Assembly: GCF_018977255.1 (NCBI RefSeq)
Contig: NW_024704742.1
Coordinates: 111,354,001-111,418,000 of the forward strand
Length of the DNA: 64,000 bases
Direction: 5' to 3'
Source of the DNA: Callorhinchus milii
Lineage: Eukaryota
Part shown: one piece after another, positions 1 through 26,080 of the stretch
Numbering within the stretch: position 1 is the stretch's first letter
Layout: each line of letters opens with the position of its first letter
Program-made: the position numbers and the translations under genes
Notes under the pieces: generated by a model
Told to the model about the DNA's origin: nothing
Database searches by the model: none
Seen by the model: only the letters and a program-made list of their open reading frames with translations

Positions 1-298
1 AATAATCCTTCTATTTGATACGGAGCCTTATCACGTCTTCTAGGCATCTCAAAGTGCTTCACAGAATATACTGTAAAGTGAATTGACTGTATAGTTGTGG
101 GCAAAATGCATCAGCCATTTGCACACAGCAGTGTCCCACAAACAGCCGTGGATTGAAGTGACCAATTTATTATTGGGTTTTTTTTCTTGAGGGGTTATTA
201 TCAGATGTGTGGAGTAAGGAAACTTGCCCAAGGTTTTGCCCTGCCAGGAATTAAACCCAGGTCTCTCGAGTGCTCTAACCACTGAGCTTCCACTATGT
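1..298 (-). mobile_element. tRNA-derived SINE
   Basis: Same family; head near 240-298, tail at window start. Confidence 0.85.
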
Positions 299-864
299 GA
301 AGATCGTCCATGAAATAAGTTAGATCTGATACCTTTTAGCACGTGTTTATTTTTCCTAATGGCAGAATCCTTTATATAACACACTGGTTTATGCCCTATC
401 TTCAGGTTTTCAGTGCCTTGGGACATCCTCCCAACATGAAAGGCGCTATACAAGTGTAATTTTGCTGTTGTTGATGTTTGAAATTATCAATGAGGATCAA
501 CAAGGTGTAAAAGACTTTTGTTGACTCTAGACTTTAATGTAATTGTATTCAGAGGGTGCTACTATTTGAAAAATAAAAATAATACTACTGTTACTAATCT
601 TGATAACTAATCAAGCTCATCAGGATTTACCCAGCACCTTGGGACATCCTCCTGATGTGAAAGACGCTATATAAATGTCATTGTGTATTGTATGTTAAGA
701 CTTTAAATTTAACAGCAGCAACTACTGGAATCAGTAGATGTGTCTTTTGTGATCTTGACGCAAGTTTTCAATTTAAGGATAAGACAACAACTTGCATTTA
801 TACAGTGCAATTCATGTAAGATAACGGCACTGAGAACCTCACAGGGGTCAGTGTTACAGGCCCA

Positions 865-1110
865 GCAACAACAACAACAACAAGATTCCATTTATAAAGC
901 ACCTTTCACGTCAAGAGGACGTCTCAAGGCACTGCACAGTTGGGTCAGGACCCGAGCAGGAGGAAATGGTCAGGGGGAGGGAAGGGAGGGAGCGAGGAGG
1001 GGGAAGAGAGTCGAGAGAGGGGAGCTGAAGGCTCGGTCAAAGAGAAAGGTTTTGAGACCGGCCTTGAAGGAGGAGAGGGAGGAAGCAAGGCGAAGGCACT
1101 GGGGGATGGA
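865..1110 (-). mobile_element. L2 LINE 3' end
   Basis: Near-identical to the 3' ends at 42000-42280 and 55486-55740; (CAA)n tail. Confidence 0.88.
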
Positions 1111-1286
1111 GAAAGAGCAAGAAAGGGAAGGAAGGTTATATAAAACACTGGCTTTTGCTTTACTCCATGCTGCAGTACCACTGAAAAAATGGCATATACA
1201 CAAGTACATTCCGAATATTTGTGTAGCTTTATTGGGAGTTTTTGGACATGCTCAAATCATTGAACATCTCAGAAAGTTTAGCTGCA

Positions 1287-1303
1287 GCACCACCTGTTGG
1301 CCA
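1287..1303 (-). promoter_or_regulatory. Candidate CTCF site
   Basis: Reverse strand reads TGGCCAACAGGTGGTGC; 12 of 14 core positions match. Confidence 0.35.
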
Positions 1304-1699
1304 TTGCAGCAAACATACTGTTATTGCATCAGTTTTATTTGCTGCAGGATCAACTTTTTTGCAGTGGATATTTTCAGTTTCACCTTAATTCTCAATAAAT
1401 GTTTCTGAGAATCAGGATTATCAAGATGAAGCTAGGTTGACAGTCAAATCACTGCAGCTTCTTGTGACAAAAACTGGTGAAGTCTCCTGCACTGGTTTAT
1501 TCTGCAATGGTTCTGCACTACCCCCAAAGGGATCGAACTATCATGAAACCCACCCGAATTTTTAGAGCAAGTCAAATTCTCTCGGGGTCAGAATAGAAAT
1601 ATTGCGCAATTTTAAGGAAATTATTGTTCTTGTCACCAAACTTTCCCCCAGTGACTAGAGGAAAATTGTCTTTGCTAACCTGTATAGAGTGACTCATCC

Positions 1700-1827
1700 A
1701 TTCACAGCCAACCAGTGGCCAAGAAAAGATGGCGGTGTCTGCCTTTGGTAGTAGCACAGACCGTGATTGAAGGCACAACCTCTTTAGGTCAATCTCAGGC
1801 CCTTCAGAGAGAACAGCGCTAAAGTCG
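1700..1827 (+). promoter_or_regulatory. Candidate promoter / non-coding first exon of the CLPX-like gene, with a YY1 motif
   Basis: AAGATGGCGG (YY1 consensus) at 1726-1735 followed by a good donor CG|gtaagg at 1827/1828. The ATG at 1729 opens only a 13-codon ORF. Confidence 0.4.
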
Positions 1828-2230
1828 GTAAGGGTTTTTGCAAGACAAAAGCAGCAATAAAAGACACTTCCCCATTGTAACAGTATAAATATAGAAACAA
1901 CATTAAATTCACAAATGCTTCCCAGCTTACAAAGCCTGAGCTTACTGAGACCATCCTAACTGTGTGAGATAACCAGTCGTATTCAACTAACCGCACAACA
2001 GTGGACAAGTTAGAGACGGCGAAAGTTAGTTTTATTATTCCTACATTTTTAGATTTTAAATAACACCGTCGTTAAATATAAACGGTCGCGGATATTTTCC
2101 CCTTCCTCATATTAACCGGGCAAATAATTGCCATGGGGAGGGAGGCAGAAGAGAAGCATTTGATTGTGATATGAGATGCGAGCCACAAAATAATTGACAT
2201 TCGGTGACAAATAGATCATTGCCTTTCTAG

Positions 2231-2352
2231 GAAGACAGGGTCTTTAAAAAGCTGATGACAGGTTCATACTTACTGGAAACAGTGGCCTGGGCTGAAATGC
2301 AATCTCAGGCAAAGACTCGCCTCTGGAAAAACCAATCTCCTCGATATTAAAG
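2231..2352 (+). other. Candidate upstream exon of the CLPX-like gene
   Basis: tttctag acceptor and AAG|gtgaat donor. One frame (QVHTYWKQWPGLKCNLRQRLASGKTNLLDIK) ends in phase 1, matching exon 9114, but has no ATG. Confidence 0.35.
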
Positions 2353-2411
2353 GTGAATTGTGCTCTTCCACGTCCACGTCCTTTTCCAGCCATTATAACT
2401 CAAAACTTCCT

Positions 2412-2456
2412 ACACACACACACACACACACACCACAACAACAACAACAACAACAA
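2412..2456. repeat. (CA)n and (CAA)n microsatellites
   Basis: Directly visible. Confidence 0.85.
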
Positions 2457-5400
2457 AAAGGTTAAGAGGGGAAGAAAGAGCCCCTTCTATTAACTGCATA
2501 ACAACACTTAATAAGACAGCCTGTTTCTCTCAACTTGGCTGGTGTCTCAGGCGCTGGCAGTGAGGAAGGAGTGTGTGGCTGATGCAGTGAATGCTGCAGC
2601 CTGAGAGCAGCACAAGGGACAGACCCACCACACCCCACCACACCCCACCTGCAGCCAACTCCACCATCTTACTTTAAAGCCACCAATCCCGAATAAAACT
2701 ACACACTTCGGGGATTTATACCATTGCCCTCCCACCACACACCCCCACACACACACCCCTCCTGCCTCTCTCTCTCTCCCCCCTTCTCACTCCAGTCCCC
2801 AAGACAACGCCTGAGTTTGGATTGAGAGGAAGTTTGTTTGCTGACCTCCTGGTGCAATGCCTTGTCCGAGGCTGTGTGTGGGCTGACTGACTGCTCCCCG
2901 GCTGTTTTGCAGGCGTTTCTCACTCGCTGCCGACCGGCACTCTGCTCACTTCTCACCACCTCCACCACCACCACCAGCCTCTCACACAGCACCAGTCACC
3001 GGAACTGCTCACAGAGCCACAGCCCGACTCAGCACTGCTGCCTGAATCCCTGCCCCTGTGGACAGGCATCGCTTCCAACCTAACGTGGGGCTTCACCATC
3101 AGCAGTGACCTCCGTTTCTCTGCAAAACGTCAGTCAGAAAGTGTGCATGGATATGCTTTCCTTTTTTTTTCCTTCCAAACTCCGTTCATGAGACTGGGGG
3201 CAATATTATAATAATAATAATAATAATAATAATCCTTGCAATTGATACAGCGCCTTATCACGCCTTCGAGACGCCTCGGAGCTCTTCGCAGAATATGCTG
3301 TAAAGTCAATCGACTTGACCCAAGCATGTACCGTGCCATCCAGTATGCCTGGGAAAGACGCTGTTTATAGAGATTTAGGAACGTGTTAGCCGTAGAGTTG
3401 CAGGAAGTTGACGAGGCCTGCCCGAGTACACTGGGGAAAAAATTCCCTTAAAAAGAAAAGTATGTAATTTAATGTGGTATCCATTTGGCTTCTTAAAAGT
3501 TACAAAAAAAAACAATTAAACCTGAAATGCATCACAAAATCCCAACTAATGCTGACTGGTCAAATAAACTGCTAACCAAGACAAACCCTATTCACCAATG
3601 ACTCAGTTCTTACAGGAAATGTCAATGCCTAGAATTGAGGATCTGAAGTAGAGCAGAGCTTGAAAACTAATGACCACTATTTTTCCTTCATCGCCCCAAT
3701 TCTGACCACCATCTGTCTCCCCCAAAAGCACACATAGGGGGTATTTCCATCCTGTGCAGATAATGGAGGTTGATAGGAATGAATCACAAGTTCTCAAAGC
3801 CATACAATTTGTTTACCCACTTCATATAATAATAATAGTCCTTGCATTTGTGGGACATCTAGAAGATGTGAAAAGCACTATATCAAATGCAACAACAACA
3901 AGGATTATTATTATTTGATATAGCGCTTTTCACATCTTCTAGACGTCCCAAAACGCTTCACAGAATAGACTGTAAAGTGAATTGACTGTGAATTTGTGGG
4001 TGAAATGCAGCAGCCAATTGTGCACAGCAGCGTCCCACAAACAGTCGTGGATTGAAGTTACTAATTTATTATTTGTTTAAGGAATTATTATCCCTGGAAA
4101 AGCAATCCGCCAATCAACTAACATTTGGGATCCAACTTACTGTTACGTAATTGGAGATAATCAGAGGAACAGACTTAAAAGATGCTCCTTTCCTCCAATG
4201 GGAGTACCAGTACCAGAACTCATACTTTGGAGACTGAATATAATAATTGCTAATATTAGACCCTGTGACCACAAATGGAATGAGCCCAGGTCGGGATATG
4301 GCCTAAGTGGAAGGAAAATAATAATTTTGCTGAATGCCCTGACAAGTAAGATAGGAAAAGCAGAGTCCCTTGTGGGTTTCAAAGGGAAATGGACAGTTCA
4401 TGAAAGAAAGGCTTGAAGATATAAGGGGTAGTGAGATTAACGTCTTACTCTGAGAGCAGGTGCAGAATCAATGAGCAAAATAACCTCCTTAGGCACATTA
4501 CATTTCTATGATTCTATTTTGTAGGTGAATGTGCAGCTAATTTGCACACCGCAATCATAGACTCATAGACGTGTACAGTACAGAAGGCCATTCGGCCCAC
4601 AAAGCCTGCAGCGCTCTCAGAGCAAACTGTCCAATCAGTTCCATTGCCTCACCCACCCCATGCATATACTCTTTCAGGCCTTTAGTTTTCAATGTCCAAT
4701 AAACAGCCATGACCAATGATTTCCTTGTGGCCCGCAAATTTCCTATCATTTTAATAGATTTCTAAACATAAGCATTTAAACATTTAGGGAGCTTAAGATA
4801 TTTCTGTATTTGAAAACTGAGCTATTCTGTAACTTTCCTGATTTCATTGGGAAATTGGAAATTCCTGTGGATGTTGCCAAGATCAAACTACTCGGGAAAA
4901 GTATTTTCTGGAAAATTGACATAAATTGGAAATCTATTAAAGTAAGTGTATTTTATTAACACAATGAGGCACACTTTTTCCCCAAAAAGCTTGTCAATGG
5001 TAAGAAATGAGACCTGGAAGATCCATAAGAATCTGCGACAAATTGCAATTATCTGTATCGTGCCTTTCAAGTAGGATGAACATCTCAAAGTGTTTCAGAT
5101 TATAGGGAGTCGTGAAAAATGAGAGGAAGGAGAATTTAATGGTGTTTGCAAAAAACAAAGGTAGTAGTTCTGTGTGTCTGTTACATTCATTACAATAAAA
5201 GGGTTTATATAAGAGTACACATAGATTATTCTATGAGTACACATAGATACATTCTTGTTAAAGCTGCTCAACAATTTTTTACCAAAACTTATTAACTAAA
5301 TATGTTCAAATTGCTGCTGTTTTTACGACCAGAAAATCTGCTTAGATCCAAATCTCTTTTGATGGCAGTATGAAGATACACTCTCAGTCCTCAATCTTTA

Positions 5401-7449
5401 TCTCTATTAGTGTAATCTGCTTAGGTAGTACTGCTCGTAATTGCCGGTGATCTTCCTGATGCTAGCCACTATAAATCCATAAAGTCAGATAAATCTTTAC
5501 TATTGTTGACTGTGTGGTTTCCCACACTCCTGATATTTGAAGGACATTTCAATGTTCATGAAACAAGTTGTTATTTTATTTTAGTTCATGAAACAATTCT
5601 CAGCTGAAGCTTACAAATTTCACTCAGCATATCTGGGTCACAGGATGACTTGTGTTTTATAAACATCAAGAGGTTCATTTCCTGCTTCCTATCATTATAA
5701 ACTGTGATTATCATTAGTGAGCACCGATTGAGTGGTTTGAATTCCCAAGCCGAGTATCCCGAACTTCCGCATTAATACATCTTGATACATTCAGTAAATT
5801 GCACAAACAGATGCTATATAACAGGCATGGCACATAGAAATTTGCCTTGATATTGCTCTAAAAGGACTATATTTCTCATAATTTTATGCAGTACTCCCAG
5901 TGGAGATTTTTTTCTTATTCAGTCAGATAAGGAGCTTCCTGTAAGAAATGCAAAACATGTCCAATAGATATATAAAGGATATGCTATTAAAGGGACAAAA
6001 GATACTATAGCTAGACAATACGTAGTTCAATTTGGAGGTACCTTCCTTCAATTGAGATGTTACACCATCTCAAGGTCTCGTCTGCTTCTTCAGTGGATTG
6101 AATATTAAAGTTCCTGTTCAAAAAGAGAGGGAAGTTTCTCCCACTGTCCTGACCAACAATCTCCCAGATACATTTGGGCGTTCACTTCATGGCTATTTGT
6201 GGGACATTTCTGAGTGTAAATTGGCTGTTATATTTGCTTACACAAGAAACAGTCACTAGACTTTATAATATATCACACAAAGGTTTAATTGAGATGTCCT
6301 CCTAACACTATATCAAATGCAAGGACTGTTCTTCATAATTAATTGTGGTAACAGATATGAATGTTAATTTCTCACCTTCCTAAAAACTTTTGTTTTGGCT
6401 GCAGTAACACAAACCATCTTACCTTTCTTGAAACATTTGGTTTTTAATGTCCGATCCGGTGTCATCTGAATAAATATTGTTTACAAATAAAGTCATCTCA
6501 CACCTTACAATAAATCCTGTGATGCATTTTAAGATGTTTCACCAATGTGAATTGTTTTATTATTATTATAATAAAACATTAACAAACTACCTTGAGCATA
6601 TGTTAATAGTCAATACCCAACAACCAATTTCCTCTATTTTTATTTCAGAACTCCGTAGACACTTTGATATGAATTCCTTTTAGTTCTCTGTATGCATAGC
6701 TGTAGAATTTTGCCCAGTCCCAAGTCAAACTGTTGATATGACTTCCAGATGTTCTTTTTATTTCATAACATTCTCCGGCCCAACACAGAACCACGTGGGT
6801 GGATTCCTTAGAAACCACCACCAACAACAACAACTTTCACTTATATAGCGTGTTCCACGCCGGGAAGCGTCTCAGAGCGCTTAAACCAATGGGCTATTGG
6901 TATTTTTACAGTCTTAGTGTTTTTTTATCAGGCGATGGTTAGTTGAAGGTTGCAATGGGGAAAAAAAAACAGTGAGAGTCTAATGCAATAAATCAAACAC
7001 ACTGTTATATTTGTCCAGTTTTGTGTTCTGTGTCTGATGATCCAGAGCTTTAAGGCTGATACCCCAGTGTGACACTGATAATAATGATATCAATCATCTA
7101 TGGTGACATCAGCCTCATAGCAACCAACTGCTTCCATGAGACCTGAGGCTTCCTGTGTATGTTCTCAGTGAGAGGCACCGACCAATATACACCTGAGGCA
7201 CTGGATGTATGGAGATGACTTTGTGTACACGATACCACCGGTGTTCGGCTGAGTGTGTAATGCTGTGTAAGCTCTGCACGTCACATTCCTGCCAACTTCA
7301 CGCGGTGGAGTTGAACCTCAATCTCACGCCCGGATGACAGCCATCAATCGTGGAGTTTAGGACGGCAAATGGTTTGGTTTTTTTCTCCTTCTGACAACGA
7401 TATTAAAATCTATTCACGAACATCGTTCTTTCGAATTATTTCAAAGATC

Positions 7450-7560
7450 AGGGGGTGGGGGGGGGGGGGAGAGGTGGTGGGGGGGGGAGGGGTGGGGGGA
7501 GGGGTGGGGGGTGGGGGGGGGGGGTGGGGGGGGGGGGGGTATGAGGGGTGGGGGGGGGGG
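7450..7560 (+). repeat. Poly-G-rich low-complexity tract
   Basis: About 110 nt of G runs broken by single T or A. Confidence 0.9.
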
Positions 7561-9113
7561 TCGACCGAAATGCCAGATTTAAACCTAAAGATGGGAAGGG
7601 AATGGCTGGGAACCACAACAGGGCAGGTGGTGTGTGGAGAAGGTGTGGCTCCTGTTGGGGAGGGAGGGAGGGAGGTCTGCATACAGTATGGTAGGACCTG
7701 CTGGGCTGTGGTTGTCAGAGGGGAGTGAGAGCTGAAACAACGCGTGTGTAAGGCTGGGACATTGATGAATTGTTTACGTGGCCTCCCACGCCTGGAGAAA
7801 CATGTCCTGCGTTGCAGTTTTGTTAAGTAGGTAGATAGTGCATTGGGTATCTATCTCTCCTTCCCTTCTCCAGTGCCTCCTGGTAAGTCCTGCACATGGG
7901 CTGCAATGCTCCCTCGCAATCTCAGATAGAACGAAATGCCAACAGCAGAAGATGGTATTCGGAGTCATTCCACTGAGGATGACAGGTAATGAGCTGGTTT
8001 TGAATTTCATCGACACTCTTCTGTCTAATAAATAACTCCTAACCTAACTCACTGGATTACCTAACAACTGACAGCTAGAAACCGACTTGACCACTTTGAG
8101 ATTGTTTTGCAATAAATCTGTGGCAAGGCGACACAGCGTTATATCCAGGGTTGGTATGGGCTGAGAGAAAGAGAGAGAGAGATGTGGCATCTCATGTGGT
8201 TTAAAGATAGTATGAAATGCAATGCCTGCAAAATTGCAATTTTCACATTTTCACATTTTTGTTTGACAAGATCCCCCTATCTTAGCCCAAATTATCTCAA
8301 AAAGCAATGACACAAGCAGAATACAGGATTGAGAACCCCAATAAGTCCTTCATAACATTCAGCAGTTTGATTTTTATATAAAGATGTATACAATTACATA
8401 TGTGTAATTTCTTTTAATCATAACTCAATTCCACAGACTATTACGAAGACTGTTTAGATCTTTTGTTCCATGGATCTCTGTTGATTTTACAAGTTTGTAA
8501 AATTACAGTATTTTGCAAGGCGATGGTTTGCAATTTCATTGTTTGCCCCTACAACATTTCCCCCTTCCTCTCCTGAAGATCCTAACTTATATTGTACTAA
8601 ATTTCAGGAGTGTCAGTTCTTGGGTTGACATTAAAGATCCCATAGTACTACTTGAACAAGAAAAGGAGTTTCTCCAAGCATCTTGGCCAACCATCCTCCC
8701 GATTATTTGATCATTCACCTCATTTGTGGGGGAATTGTTTTATGAAAAATGTTTGTCATGTTTGCCTTCAATTAGTTACTTCACTCCTTCCCTTAACAGG
8801 AATTACATTCCTGTAACCCATCCTCACACTGTACCAGAGTGCAATTCCCATGGGTAAATTAAGGAATCCTGTAAGAAATACAGTAATTTATATCCCTCTG
8901 TGTGTTATGTGGTCTAGGCTGATATTCAAATACAGTGTTGGGAGAGCATTACATTGTTAAAGGTGTTCTCAGGATGAAAATACACAGCCATTATACTTTA
9001 CAATATATCCTGTAAAGCACTTTGAGATGTCTTTCTGACATGAATGGTGCTATATCAAATGCAAGAAGAATGAATGATTATTATATGTTCTAATTTATTG
9101 TCATATTTTTTAG

Positions 9114-23374
<14,261 letters not shown>

Positions 23375-25214
23375 AAAGAGCTGACACCATCAACAATCAC
23401 TTACTTGGTTCAGTGTGAGACAAGCTGATTTGCTGAACAGTGAGACAGGAAGCTGAACACGTACACAATCATTTGTGACTAGTAAATTGTTCAAATAGCA
23501 AGTCATTGTTGAACATAACAAAAGGTCTCTGCTTCCATTGTGTATTTTAGAAACTGATGTTCAATTGGTGTTTCACATAAGATACAACACAAGCACAGAT
23601 AGTATATTTTAGGGATGAGCTTCAATATCAATGCACAATCAATATTTTATTTGTCTACTTTGTGCATTTTCAGCCTACAATTCTACCTATATCAATTCAA
23701 ACTGGGTAAAATATGAAACAGCATTATGGAATTAATTACAGTGCAGGAGAAATTGAGTGAGATCTGTCTTTGTCCCAGGTTATTTCGTAAAACCAAAATT
23801 GTTCCATAGACATTGTTAAATAACAAAGATTCAATTAAAATGACACGGGCCTTACCACTATTGGACTTCACTCATATTAATGGCCATTAATTCAATTTAA
23901 TGTGCATTTCTACACATATTTATTATTTATACTGTGCATTGGGAAAACAAATACATTTTCCAACATAACTGTCACTGAAAGACTTTTCGTTTCTAAGATT
24001 ACAGAATACGAGCTTTAGCTGGGTACAGCTTGCAACAGCAGAATTGATTTTCAAGTTTACACTAGGTGCTTTGCAGTTATCTTTTGTAATTTATATAGCA
24101 TTGAAAACAGTCATTTTCCACCATATGACTTTTTTATCAATGCTGTCAAAAAACATTTCAGTGTTTCTATGAAGTGCTGACTCAGACCACTGCAGTCTGT
24201 ATTTAAAGTAATCCTTGCGTTTGATTTAGCGCCTACAATGTTCAATGCCAAGAATGTCTCAAAGCGCTTCATAAGGTTCTGTAAAGTATAGCGACTCTGT
24301 ATTTGTGGGTGAATAAATAGTCATAGCTTTCAAAAATCTGCCAAGATCTAAGAAATTATGAAACATGCTTAATAGGTTGAACTGTGTTCTCTTGTTAATA
24401 AGTCACCTGATTCACTAACAACCCTTTCTCCTGTTTCTTTACACCATTCAAGTAATTGTCCATCTTTCTGATCTACAGAAAGTTTGCTTTGTAACCCTAA
24501 GTTAATAATAAAGAATATAACTCAAATTGTTCTCTTTACCTGCGCTACCCATGTCAATAATTCAGGAATTGGTGCAAGCTCCAACTGAATAAATGCTGCT
24601 CCCAATTGGGTGGAACCTAACCCCCAAATCTCTGTGGTTTTAGGTCTTTAATTATTTTTGGGAAACAGAGAAGTGATAAAGGAAAGTGGTGTTGGAAGGA
24701 TCCAGATAACAGTGGCCTCCCCCCAGTTCCCTGCTGAACTGGCTCCAAGGTGACATGCCTGGCAACAGAATGGCGGAATCGGGCCAGCCCTCCGTGGCAG
24801 TCTCAGTAGTCCGGTTCCTGAGCCAGGCGGGTCCGGAGCATTCCAGCCTGGCTCATCAGCAGGACCTGGAAGGGTAGACCAGTCACTGGAGGCCGGGAGT
24901 CAACTCACTCAGCAGCGGGGAAGCTTATCAGACAGCGACATCAATGGCAAGCTACGTGGTGTGAGCTGGTTAGACTCCAGCAGAACCCCAACACACTCTG
25001 GGGTCCCCAGGCCGTGGCTCTTGCTAACCCGCGCCTAACACTTGCTGGAATTAGGTAAGCGGGAGGCGTCTCTCCAGGGAGAGAGTGTGCATTCCAGTCC
25101 AACCATCTATCTGTGGGGTTTGCATGTGTTGGTTGGGATCCTCTGTATCCTGGTGATGGGTTTCCGCAGGTGCCGGACATCGGACTGACAGCAGAAGTGC
25201 TGCCAACCGCGCCG

Positions 25215-25443
25215 GGGCCAGAGCCAGGCCCAGAGCCAGGCCCAGGGCCAGAGCCAGGCCCGGCCCAGGGCCAGAGCCACAGCGGGGGCCAGAGCCAGAG
25301 CCAGGCCAGGGCCAGAGCCAGGGCCAGAGCCAGGCCCAGGGCCAGAGCCAGAACCAGAGCCAGGCCCGGCCCAGGGCCAGAACCAGAGCCAGGCCCGGCC
25401 CAGAACCAGATCCAGGCCCGGCCCAGAGCCAGAGCCAGGCCCA
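25215..25443. repeat. GC-rich hexamer-based tandem repeat (cagagc/cagggc/caggcc variants)
   Basis: About 230 nt of degenerate 6-nt units directly upstream of the MBLAC2 promoter. Confidence 0.9.
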
Positions 25444-25469
25444 GCGCAGCCTGTGAAGGGCAAGTGTCG

Positions 25470-25611
25470 TCAGGGTGACGGAGAGGCGTCACAGCACCGA
25501 CGTAATGAGAGCCCGCCTACCCGGCGCTTCCGATTGGCGAGGCCGCACAAGCTGTGATTGGCGGAGGTAGCTGTCACTCTGGGCGGGCACAGCTCGCGGT
25601 GGTCAGTCGCC
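25470..25611 (+). promoter_or_regulatory. MBLAC2 CpG-island promoter
   Basis: CpG-dense; two reverse CCAAT boxes (gattggc at ~25532 and ~25556) and a GC box (gggcggg, 25581-25587). Confidence 0.75.
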
Positions 25612-26080
25612 ATGTCGCGGGGTGCGGCCGGCAGCGGGCGGCTGGTGAGCGAGGCCCCGGCCGCGGAGTGGCTGGAGAGCCAGGCGCTGGGCGGCGGCCT
25701 CCACCTGCTCCGCGAGCGCTTCTTCCAGTCAGGCAACCGCGCCAACATGTGGCTGCTGCGGGGCTCCCACCTGGACCTGCTCATAGACGCCGGCCTCGGC
25801 CTGAGGAGCGTCCCGGACTACCTGAAGCGGGCCGGGCTGATCGGCTCCAGGCCGCTGCTGGCCGTCGCCACGCACGTCCATTTCGATCACTCGGGCGGCC
25901 TGCACCAGTTTGAGAAGGTGGCCGTGCACCGAGCCGAGGCCGAGGCTTTAGTGCAGGGCGATAACTTCGAGACAGTGACTTGGCTGTCGGACAGTGAGAT
26001 AGTAAAGGCCCCTGAGCCGGGCTGGACAGCCAGGAACTACAGCGTGCGGCCCGTGCTGCCGGCTCGGGTCTTAGAGGATG
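25612..26080 (+). CDS. MBLAC2: MBLAC2 coding exon 1
   Basis: [13 protein letters not shown]...[10 protein letters not shown]...VLED within ORF 25558..26151; CpG-rich. Confidence 0.95.

Noticed and set aside
740..1408. 222-aa ORF with poly-Q
   Set aside because: Antisense read-through of an L2 3' end; the poly-Q comes from the (CAA)n tail.
7369..7728. Gly-rich and Pro-rich ORFs
   Set aside because: Produced by the poly-G tract.
1..9000. POLR3G exons on the minus strand, expected from human synteny
   Set aside because: I could not recognise any POLR3G-like coding sequence in the window.
24941..25492. Overlapping Gly/Pro/Ala/Arg-repeat ORFs on both strands
   Set aside because: Artefacts of the stop-free hexamer tandem repeat.
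25558..25611. Longer MBLAC2 N-terminus given in the ORF track
   Set aside because: It starts at a TTG inside a CCAAT box; the ATG at 25612 has good Kozak context.
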